The notes below the pieces were generated by a model. The model was not told the DNA's origin and ran no database searches. It saw only the letters and a list, made by a program, of their open reading frames with translations. A program made the position numbers and the translations under genes. A stretch of 64,000 bases of DNA from Squalus acanthias (lineage: Eukaryota): contig CM059432.1 in NCBI GenBank assembly GCA_030390025.1, positions 92,320,001-92,384,000 of the forward strand. Reading direction: 5' to 3'. Positions 13,681 to 23,573 of the stretch are shown here, piece by piece. Each line of letters opens with the position of its first letter. The first letter of the stretch is position 1.

Positions 13681-14192
13681 ATTGGAGGCAGTTCAGAGAC
13701 GATTCACTAGGTTAATTCCAGAGATGAGGGGGTTGACTTATGAAGAAAGGTTGAGCAAGTTGTGCCTATACTCATTGGAATTTAGAAGAATGAGAGGTGA
13801 TCGTATTGAAACATATAAGATACTGAGGGGGCTCGACAAGGTAGATGCAGAGAGGATGTTTCCCCTCATGGGGAAATCTAGAACTCGGGGGCATAGTTTC
13901 AGAATAAAGGGTCGCCCTTTTAGAACTGAGATGAGGAGGAATTTCTTCTCTCAGAGGGTCGTAAATCTGTGGAATTCTCTGCCCCAGAGAGCCGTGGAGG
14001 CTGGGTCATTAAATACATTTAAGGTGGAGATAGACAGATTTTTGCAAGATAAGGGAGTGAAGGGTTATGGGGAGTGGGCAGGGAAGTGGCTTTGAACCCA
14101 AGATCAGCCATGATCTTATTGAATGGCGGAGCAGGCTCGAGGGGCCAAGTGGCTTATTCCTGCTTCTATTTCTTATGTTCTTATGTTCTTAT
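13675..14192 (+). mobile_element. CR1 LINE family B, 3' part (continuation of 1673-4991)
   Basis: Starts ACTTGCATTGGAGGCAG, where the 1673 piece stops (compare the intact copy at 25771-25810). Ends in a (TTCTTATG)n tail. Confidence 0.93.
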
Positions 14193-14379
14193 GATTTGCC
14201 AGGACACTGATCCCAGCCCGGTTTAAGTTCAGCCCGTCCCAATGGAACAGCTCCCTCTTTCCCCAGTACTGGTGCCAGTTCCCCATGAATTGAAACCCCT
14301 GCCTCCCACACCACTCTTTCAGCCACACATCTAATGTTCTAATCTGCTTGTCCCTGTTAGACATCCTGAAGAGATTTAT

Positions 14380-14555
14380 TAGCAAAATACTGCGGATGCT
14401 GGAAATCTGAAATAACAACAGAAAATGCTGGAAATACTCAGCAGGCCAGGCAGCATCCGTGGAGAGAGAAACAGACCTGAAACGTTAACTCTATTTCTCT
14501 CTCCACGGATGCTGCCTGGCCTGCTGAGTATTTCCAGCATTTTCTGTTGTTATTT
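14380..14555. mobile_element. Penelope-like terminal fragment forming a ~62-bp perfect inverted repeat
   Basis: Arms ~14410-14471 and ~14494-14555 are reverse complements. Same sequence as the Penelope end at 61865-61960. Flanked by 14-bp direct repeat CTGAAGAGATTTAT (14366-14379, 14556-14569). Confidence 0.85.
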
Positions 14556-14781
14556 CTGAAGAGATTTATGTTGGACATCTTGGGGAGTTAAAAGTTTAAC
14601 AGTTGACTTTCTCTGTATCTTAAAGCAACAGGCTTTCCAAGATATAAACAGGATGACACTGAAGTGTCGTAAAAGGAATGCATTGTCAGGCTTTCCGATA
14701 TAAACAGGATGACTTTGAAGTGTTGTGAGGAGAAGGCATTGCTTGTTATCTGAGATGTAAAGTGCTTGTGTAAGGGACTAA

Positions 14782-15647
14782 GGGCTGGATTTTGCCAGCG
14801 CTCAGAGGGCAGGTTTGGAGGCGGGTCGAAGGTTAAAATCGTTTTGATTGACGGCGGGTTGCGATCCCATCGTCAACCCTCCTCCAAACAATTTTCCCAA
14901 GTGTCGGGTCCCCGATTTGCGAATGGACCCGACACATAACGGTGGGAAAACAATTAAAGGCAATTACCTGCCTATTAACAGGTAGTTGCCAGTAGTTGAC
15001 AGCCTATTTTTGAATTTTGGCGCTTCTGGCTCGGGTTTCCTGATGTCTGGACACCACACCAGGTAAGTGTGGCATGTTGTGAGTCTGCTGTAATGTTTCT
15101 GGATTGATGGGAGCTGCAGAAGTGGTGTGAAGGATCCAATGTTGCACATTGTAAGTCTCAGAGGAAAGAAATTGTTGGGAACTGCATTTTTAATATATTT
15201 ACACTTTTCTTTAGTTTACAAGTTTTTAAATGCCACCTCACTGGGAGAACCTCTCTCACCAGTGACAGATCGCTTCTGCCACCTCACCTGCAGCTGCCAT
15301 CTATTCTAGCCTATGGAGGGAGTCATTGGAGAGCCTGGGTGCAAGAGGTCACCTTTGTGCAGTGATTGTCAGTGTTTTTAGCACCTCAATGCTGTCAAAC
15401 ACTGAGAAATCAACTGTCAAAATAAAATTGTGCATGGTCCCTTTAAGGAAACCGGCAGATGACGCGTCATCAAATGACGTCATCTGACCCACTTCCTCTT
15501 AATTGGCCGGCAAGCCCGTAGGGCGGGCTTAACAAGGTCAATCAAGGCAAAATCACGTCAGTGAGCCGGATGCAGCTGGGGGCGGGACTGGAAGCCAGAA
15601 ACCACCTGACCCTCACCCAACCCGCCGCCATTGATAAGATCGCGGCC
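14782..15647. mobile_element. Harbinger non-autonomous element
   Basis: TAA TSD. Ends GGGCTGGATTTT ... AAGATCGCGGCC. First ~100 bp match the terminus of the transposase-bearing element ending at 38208. Confidence 0.88.
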
Positions 15648-15867
15648 TAAGTGTTAGTAATGACATCACCCATAAATGGTTTAGTTTTAGGGTAATAAAA
15701 CAGGGGTAGCGAGTCTATTTGCTAAAGGTAACAGTAGGTAAAGGAAGTTTTGTTTAAGGGAAATGATTCTGAAGTAAACAATTGCAAACTGTTTACATAG
15801 TCTATTTTCAGAGGATTTGGGAAATAGATGTCATTTTCACATTTTCCTTTGATGTAGTTAAAATATG

Positions 15868-16762
15868 GGGGGAGAAATTCAGTATCGCCCCATTTGGGGC
15901 GCAATTATCGGCCGGGCACAAAGATTAGCGCTTGGCGCTAATTATCGCCTCCGACTGCAAACTTGACTTTTATCACCCCTGGAGGTGATTGGAGCACTAA
16001 ATCAGGCGCTACACATCTGTCTTAAGGCGCAAAGGCCGAGAAGCGAAGCGCTAACTCAGAGCGCTGGCGAAGCTCATGTGATGTCAGTCAGCAATGGAAC
16101 ACAGACACAATGGCGCTGGCCAGTTCTTAAAGGGGAGGGTTGATCTTGCTTTCCATCCACATCCTGCTCATTGCAGCCTTGAATCTCGGCCTGGAGAGAC
16201 CTGTACATCAAATCTGCTGGAAAGAACAATGGAGAGGCCCAGGGATAGAGCTCAGAGTGCAAACCCCACAGTCTCTTCTAAATCGATACAAGGAAGGGCA
16301 AATCAAAATGAACCTGCAAAGTGCTGCTCAGTACCCAAAACTCCTTCACACAGCGTTGAATCTCTCCAGAAGTCTCTCTCTCTCTCTCTCTCAGAATGCA
16401 TGGTTCAAAAATGTCACCAACAAAAAAAGGCAGGAAGCGGTCGCCTTTAAATAGCGCTCCCCCAGTCCCTTCCTGACTGCAAAACGCTCCCCTCAACCTG
16501 TCGTTGCTAGCGGCAGGCGGTAAGGCAGGGGGCGCCACTCAATATCCGCTCCGGGGCGCTACCGGGGCGTTGCGCACTCGACTGACGTCACGATCTGCCG
16601 GCGCAGGAGATCGTGGCGGTAGTGTTTAGCACCGCCGCAAAATGTCTAGTTAATTTCACGAGCGGCGCAAACATCGCCGTGCCCGGGCGCTAATTGCTTT
16701 GCGCCCCATTAGCACCCTCTTAAGGCGCTAACGGGAGGCGCAACCAACTGAATTTTTCCCCC
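15868..16762. mobile_element. Harbinger-type MITE, copy 1 (GC/CpG-rich)
   Basis: TIR GGGGGAGAAATTCAG / CTGAATTTTTCCCCC. 3-bp TSD ATG. Near-identical copy at 46499-47389. Confidence 0.9.
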
Positions 16763-17262
16763 ATGGTCTATAAAGGAGCATTGCTTTCAATAGTTTGTCA
16801 GAGTGTACTCAAAAGATACAGAAACCGAATATCCACTCTCTGTACGCAGTTAAGACTAATCACCTTTACTGTGTATCAATAAAGTCTGTCCCGTATACTC
16901 CACTGCAAAGTCTCGTGCTTACTCGAAATGTGTTGTTGTGAACCAGAGGAGAAAGGAGGTTGCTTAACAGTCCCTATGTCAATGGCTCAGGTAACAATCC
17001 AGAGATTATTACCTGTGAGGTTCTATGTTTTAATTTGGACCCGAGCTCCTCAAACTCTGTCAGCGGAACCTCATTCCTAGTTCTACCTATGTCATTGGTT
17101 CCTAAGTGGACCACGACAACCGGATACACACCTCCCACTCCAAGTCCTATTCCAGCCGCGAGGAGATATCCTTAACCCTGGCACCAGACAGGCAACACAG
17201 CCTTCGGAACTCCCATCGCGCTGCAGAGAACAGTATCTATCTCCCCTACCACTACAACATTC

Positions 17263-18965
17263 TGTAAAGTTTCGCAATTATCGCGATTCGAAATAACAAG
17301 ATAGAAGCAGATTCGTTTGATCAGTTTATTTAAACAAAATGCTGTCATGATATAAAGGACACAGAAGCCTGTAAAATGGCCGCCGCGCATCGTGGCAGAA
17401 GCTTCCAGAAGTACAGTGGGCAGACAAGATGGCGTTCGAATAAACATTTTCAATATAAGATGGGATCATACTCGATATGCACTGATAAAGACAGGATGCA
17501 ACCTGTTTGCATTTGTGACAATAGCAAAAGATATGAGTGCTGGAATCGTTTTCCATGCACAAGTAAGGACCATTGTACTGGGCAATCGAAGGCCCATCCA
17601 GACACATCAATACACAAATACCCCCACGGCTCTACAATGAGAGAGCCATTCTCAGGTGATTAAACAAGTATTCGGGGGCCCCCAAAACCAGTCAGGGAGA
17701 CGATTCATACGATCCTGGCTGGGCCAACAATGGGGAAAACATTAATGGGTAGTTGGCCAGTCTCAGGTGCTACCGAAATCCGTTAAAGACAAGAATCACC
17801 CCATGCTGGGAGTTTTGAGCGCCAATATTTCACAAAGGACAAACATTAAGATTTGGGCGGGAGATAAGGGAACACAGCACTATAACTATAGACAACAAAT
17901 GTCCATCGCTCTCTTATTCGCTTGATTCGTGCTCTTATCTCTGCGGACTCTTGACTCGGGTGGAACTCTGCTGGACGAGCAGCCTTCTGTGCTTTCTCTG
18001 GACTCTGTTGCCTCTGGACTTTTAGCCGCACTGGACGGTTATTCGAATGTTGGGTGGAGCTCAATTGGAACGAGTCGCCCCGACGAAGGCCAGTGACCGA
18101 GTGCACCATCCCGAGGATCGGTAAACGGTGTCTGGACCCGAAGGTCCAACAAGACAAGACGAGACGAGAAGAAAAGAAGAAGAATCCACATGCCGCCACG
18201 GTCAGTAAACCCCGACCGCGCCCGAAAATATACGACCCATTTCTTGAACTCTACAGGTTACTGCACGAACCGGTCAAAGACTCTTCTTTGAATTCTACCG
18301 GCAACTGGTGTCGGTACAGGAGGACTTTTCTTTGAATTCTACAGCCGGGCCCGAGTGCTGTCGAGTTCTTCATGACAACGGGGAGCCCAGCCTGCTTGCC
18401 GCAGCAGCGAAGATAAACAAGTGGGGTACAGAGACCCCTCCAAACACGTGACAGTCAGGCGCTGCAGCGACACGAGCCGAGTGCCTCACTTTAAAATTCT
18501 CCGAAGTGTCACGAGTGGTGAGCATGTTTCCCGATCCTACAAATCTAGATGTAGTGTAGGTATTGATAGGGGAGGGTAGTTTTATTAAGGATAAAGTATA
18601 ATGTGTTCCCCTTTTTACGATGTGCCGTGCGTTCTTCATTACCATAGACCAAGCTTTATGAATGTATGTATACTTGTACTCTCGTTAATTTGCGCCTATG
18701 ACATGTACTTCATGATTTTGGACGCTATGCAATAAAGTTTTCCATTTCGTACTATTCAACCGGGTCTATTTGAGTTTTTCTCTGCATTACTGCTCTCGCA
18801 CCTAAGCCCAGTGTTAGAACCATAAGGGCGAGTGGGTCGAACCACTCACAGATGCTTATTGCAACAAGGCTGGCTGGAGACCAGAGCAAGCAATAGTATT
18901 AGGCAACGAAGGCCTAACCCCGCACCAGCACCATCTGCGATACAAGCACGCCAACACCCCTTACA
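17263..18965 (+). mobile_element. 1.7-kb solo LTR (Gypsy/ERV-type)
   Basis: TGTAA...TTACA termini. 4-bp TSD ATTC (17259-17262, 18966-18969). TATA-like at ~17881 and AATAAA at 18731. CpG-rich. Confidence 0.88.
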
Positions 18966-19729
18966 ATTCCTTTTCACTCCTCCCACTTGAATGGCCTCCT
19001 GTACCACGGTGCCATGGTCAGTTTTCTCATCCACCCTGCAGAGCATACCTATTTGTTGTTGAACAAGAAGAATTTGTGAATAGGTGGGAATGCTGAAGTT
19101 TCCTCTCAGAAATTCTATACCGTTCATGGATCATCAAGTGTAGTGAATGATTTTGAACCAACCAGAAGGTTAGGCTGATAAGGTTAGATGAAGAGGGCTG
19201 GGAGGAGGCTCGTGTGGATTATAAACACCGGCATAGACCAGTTTGGCCGAATGGCCTGTTTCTGTGCTGTACATTCTATGGACTTCGATGTAATCACAGC
19301 AGAGCATTGATTATCAGAGTTTAGCATTTTAGGAAACAGGAAATAAGCTGATTGGTCCCTATAAGGATGTAACTTTACACACTGTAGATATAATAAGTAG
19401 GAATTGTACAGGCAGGTGGAAGTATGGCCCCGAAAGGCATGTCTTATCAGCTTCAACTCAGCGATTGTGTTAAACGTACTGGCCAGAGTGGCAGTAACAG
19501 CTGGCCCTAGCAGCGTGTGTGCTCACATTCATATACAAGAAAGCAAACCCGGAGATGGGGCAGAGATAAGCTGTGAGACTGATTCGTAGTGTCAAAAGAC
19601 TGAATTATGCAGAAATTTAGTATAGACAAATGAGCAGTACTTCACATGCAAAGGAAAAATAAGCAACGCATGCATTCCATAAATGGTGTTGAAGTAGCTA
19701 AGGATGACCTAAAAGATGTAGTAAACTCA

Positions 19730-20332
19730 GGCCCAGACTCGGCTCTGCGCTACCAGCGTGTGCCCAAACCGAAAGGCCCAAGGATTGATGGAAATTGGTC
19801 CTCAGGCCTCATCAGCACATTCAGCGTGAGCTGCCGGCGCTGGTTGCGCCTCCACAGGCAGCTCGCCCGAGCAATGACATCAGTGTCGGGCTGCCTGTCC
19901 CACCGGCAGCGGCCCTCAACCAAATCCCGGGAGGGGAGATTGGAGCGGGCAATGGTAGGAGGGTGGTCCAACACGACTCCTGTGGATTCAGAGGAGCACT
20001 CCTGCTCCTCCTGGCTCCACAGGAAGGGTTTTTTAAGAAGAAGAAAAATTTCAACTTACCTGTCATTAGTGGCTGTGAGATTGCTGAAGAATCCTGAGCG
20101 GGGCAGGCCCGATACTTATTGGCAACAAATTTCTTGAATTGGACCTTCAATAGGCAGTAAGCCCCTAATTTACAATTTTAAGGGGCTTAACGCCTGTTAT
20201 GGGCCCCACAAATTTAGCAATGGGACCAACGCCTGCGCAGATTGGGTGCAGGCAGTCCTACTGCTAAATTGCATGCTTTGCACCTGTTTTATGCCCGAAA
20301 AATAGGCGCAACGCAAACCAATTTCTACCCCC
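19730..20332. mobile_element. Probable Harbinger-type non-autonomous element
   Basis: GC-rich block ending CCAATTTCTACCCC, like other Harbinger ends in the window. Left end unclear. Confidence 0.5.
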
Positions 20333-20344
20333 CAAAAGTCTTAA

Positions 20345-21240
20345 TAGACTCAATGCTCATCATGTCCAACCAATGCAAAACAGCAATCAACAAAGCCAAT
20401 AGAACATTAAACCACATGACCAAAACAATATATTGCAAATTAGTAGAAGTTATAACTAAACCGCTGGTCAGAACACACCTTGAGTACTAAGCCCAGTTCT
20501 GGTCGCTTATTGACACATGAGAAACATTGCAGAGAGAGCCACAAGGCTGACTCTTGTGTCAAAGGTCTGAATTAAGAGGTAACCTGAGCTTTCTAGTTTA
20601 TAAATGATGCAAAGGTCATCATATAGAGGTTTATAAGATAGTTCAGGGAATGGAAAAGATAAAATCTGGAATATTACTTTAGTTAAATAGCAAGAGTAGG
20701 ACAGAGTCAAAGTAGTAAAAATGTAATTAAGCGCTGATGTCAGAAATTTCCTCTTTATATGAAAAGTGATCAGTGTATGGAATAGACTTCCAGGAAAAGT
20801 AGTGAAGGCGAAAACCCTGGAATCTTTTAAGAATTGACTGGTTACTGAAACAGGGGAACTTTAGGAGCTTGCTGGGTCGATGAACTTAAATGGGCTGAAT
20901 GACCTTTTTCATCTGCTGTTATCTGTAATCTTGTGAAAGACTGGAAAAATGTGGGCTTTTCAAAGAGGTAGTAAACAGTACAGGAAAAGTAAATTTGGAA
21001 CAGAATGTCAGTAGAACAAAGGGATGCACATTCAAACTAGTAATAAGGAAATTTAAGACTGATGTTAGGAAGATCTTCTTCACACAAAGAGTAATCAACT
21101 ATGTGAAATGGGCTTCTAGGTATATAGTGGAGGCATTTGAGAAACAGCTGCATGCTGTGATGAGGGAGGTATTATAGATTTTTTCTGGCTGGGTGAGCTG
21201 GAATTGACCGAATGCCCTTCCTCATCCATATATATTGTTT
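20345..21240 (+). mobile_element. Old CR1 3' fragments (two)
   Basis: KANRTL...LVRTHLEY, and RTKGCTFKL...RKIFFTQRVIN. CR1-type 3' UTR hairpin remnants. Confidence 0.75.
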
Positions 21241-21745
21241 GTGACCTAAAGGAGTGCTACAGTGTACATCAGCAAACCTTGGCTGGAGAGGGGAAATCAG
21301 CCAGTGTTTTTGTTCTTGATTACTGCCCGTGCTGGAAAATGAACTTGACAATGATTGTTGGATGAGAACAGGACTGTGATAGGCTGTGATCAAACTGCCA
21401 ACACTCACTGCATGGCTCACAATGAAGAATAGCCACTTGGGTCCATACCACAGCAGAGGTCAACACCGTGAGGAGACAAAAAAAGTGTAGGAGATAAATA
21501 CCAAAAAAAAGGTGTGGATTCCATTTTGACTTTTAGGTGGCCGACCGGCAGAGCATTCCAGCCGTATCCATGGTGAAGAAGCCCCCTCGATTTTGAGTCC
21601 CAAGCCTTATTTGAATTGGACCGGTAAACTATGGATGCTAAATAACCATCCTGAGGCAGCTCACCCACAGTAATGTCAACCAGCTGTAGGAGGGGCCGGG
21701 GAGGGGCCCACAGTATTTTACCCACAGAAATCATTTCAAACTTAC

Positions 21746-22040
21746 TTTTTCAGAGCACAGCATGCAGCTGCCATCACCAGAATGATGTGGAACGCTCGGG
21801 GTATTCTCGGGTCAAATACTCATTTGCAATAGCCAACAGACCTCAGGCCATGCTTATGTTCAGCATAAGGCAGCATGAAAGAGTGAACATATCTCCAGCA
21901 CAAAGGAAGGTAAATAGGCTGATTCCACTAACAGCAGGTAATCACTTTCATTCAGTCATTTTTATGTCAAATTGATACCATAATGTTAACCTTTTTGGGA
22001 ACTGATTTGCCTTTATACTATACAAATTGTCTTCCACCAG
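21746..22040 (-). pseudogene. Decayed exon (KIAA0825/DUF4495-like region)
   Basis: tttttttaacctgtcAG| acceptor and |GTAAGT donor. Reads LVEDNLYSIKANQFPKRLTLWYQFDIKMTE*...GLLAIANEYLTREYPERSTSFW*. Confidence 0.55.
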
Positions 22041-22180
22041 CTGACAGGTTAAAAAAAGGCATTATCTTGAATTAAATGTTTTAACAGCCTAGGTTTGCAT
22101 TTTGTGTGAAAGTAAAAAGAAATAGCCCAGTGCAGTGCACAGGAACTCCCTTGCGCTGATATTGAATTTTAAGCAATTAC

Positions 22181-22521
22181 ATAAAATGAGTAATTTCCGC
22201 TGTCATTTTTAAAAATTCTTGTCTGGCACATATTTTTGTTGTAAACCTATTCCATTGAATGCATACTGTATGACTACAGCCTTCACGTTCATTTTGAGGA
22301 CTGTAAACAGAAGCTGTATCCAGAAGGTAATTGGCTATTCTTCGCAATCAATAGTGTAGAACTTCCATGAAGCTGTCCTGATCTTCCATCATAACTTTAG
22401 CAGAAGATGTCCTGATCTTCCATCATAACTTTAGCAGAAGATGTCCTGATCTTCCATCATAACTTTAGCAGAAGATGTCCTGATCTTCCATCATAACTTT
22501 AGCAGAAGATTAGGAGAAACC
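22181..22521 (-). pseudogene. Decayed exon containing a 34-bp tandem expansion
   Basis: atttctacAG| acceptor. With the repeat collapsed it reads KVMMEDQDSFMEVLHY*LRRIANYLLDTASV...ARQEFLKMTAEITHF. Confidence 0.5.
22374..22509. repeat. Perfect tandem repeat, 4 x 34 bp (TGTCCTGATCTTCCATCATAACTTTAGCAGAAGA)
   Basis: Units start at 22374, 22408, 22442 and 22476. No spacers. Confidence 0.97.
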
Positions 22522-23573
22522 CTGTAGAAATGGCATAAATGGTCATTTTTGCTGTTTCTCTAGAGTTTACACCGTTATCCCACCAAAGTTATGGAGGGAT
22601 CAGGAAAACAGGTAAATGTGATTTTAAAACGTTATTCTAATGTAAGAAAACAGTGTGTATGAGTCACATAAACTCAGTAAAATAGGTGATGAAGCCTAGT
22701 GTCTTAAATATGCCTGTAAAAAAAACCATCAGAATTCTTCCTCATAAATAGTGCCATTCCCCTTTAATGCCCGGCCAGTGGCCGTTCCATTGCATTTAAA
22801 TTAGGTCAAGTGGGCTTTTTTTTCCCCAACTTCTGCTCCAAACTCAACCCTAATTATTACTGCCACAATATAAGTAGTGGTATAAGCAGCGGAGTGGTAT
22901 CCCTACTGTGATTAGCACATTGAGGACATTGTTTTGTTTGCTGTGGCTGAAGGTTTGTCTTACTTTGACTACATATCAATTTTAGCTGTTTGGTTACCTG
23001 GAAGTTAGAATCATAGAATCATAGAATGGAAGAAGGCCATTCGACCCATCGAGCCCATGCCGGCTCTCAGCTAGTCCCACTCCCCTGCCCTTTCCCCGTA
23101 GCCCTACAAATTTTTTCCTTCAGGTACTTATCCAACTCCCTTTTGAAAGCCATGATTGAGTCTGCCTCCACCACCCTTTCAGGCAGTGCATTCCAGATCA
23201 TAACCAATCGCTGTGTAAAAAAGTTTTTTCTTATGTCACCTTTGGTTCTTCTGCCAATCACTTTAAATCTGTGTCCTCTGGTTCTCGACCCTTCTGCCAA
23301 TGGGAACAGTTTCTCTCTATCTACTCTGTCCAGACCCCTCATGATTTTGAACACCTCTGTCAAATCTCCTCTCAATCTTCTCTGCTCCAAGGAGAACAAC
23401 CCTAGCTTCTCCAGTCTATCAACATAACTGAAGTCCCTCGTTCCTGGAACCATTCTTGTAAATCTTTTCTGCACCCTCTCTAAGGCCTTCACATCCTTCC
23501 TAAAGTGTGGTGCCCAGAATTGGACACAGTACTCCAGTTGGTGCCGAACCAGTGTTTTATACAGGTTCATCAT

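Larger units (their letters stand above)
14355..16969 (+). mobile_element. Solo LTR with three nested insertions
   Basis: TGTTAG...TTAACA termini. 5-bp TSD GTCCC (14350-14354, 16970-16974). Duplicated U3 motif at ~14628-14725. AATAAA near 16878. Confidence 0.85.
14193..19045 (-). mobile_element. CR1 family C ORF1 (SGNH esterase-like) remnant in three pieces: 14193-14354, 16970-17262, 18966-19045
   Basis: WLKEWCGRQGFQFMGNWHQYWGKRELFHWDGLNLNRAGISVLAN, and NVVVVGEID...CLVPG-type GDS block. Pieces are separated by two solo LTRs with TSDs. Confidence 0.85.

Noticed and set aside
16140..16454. ORF conserved with 46771-47103 as a duplicated gene
   Set aside because: Both lie inside two copies of the same MITE. 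The start is non-ATG and the frames diverge at a CT microsatellite.
22374..22509. 34-bp direct repeats as a CRISPR array
   Set aside because: The units are head-to-tail with no spacers, there are no cas genes, and the context is vertebrate.
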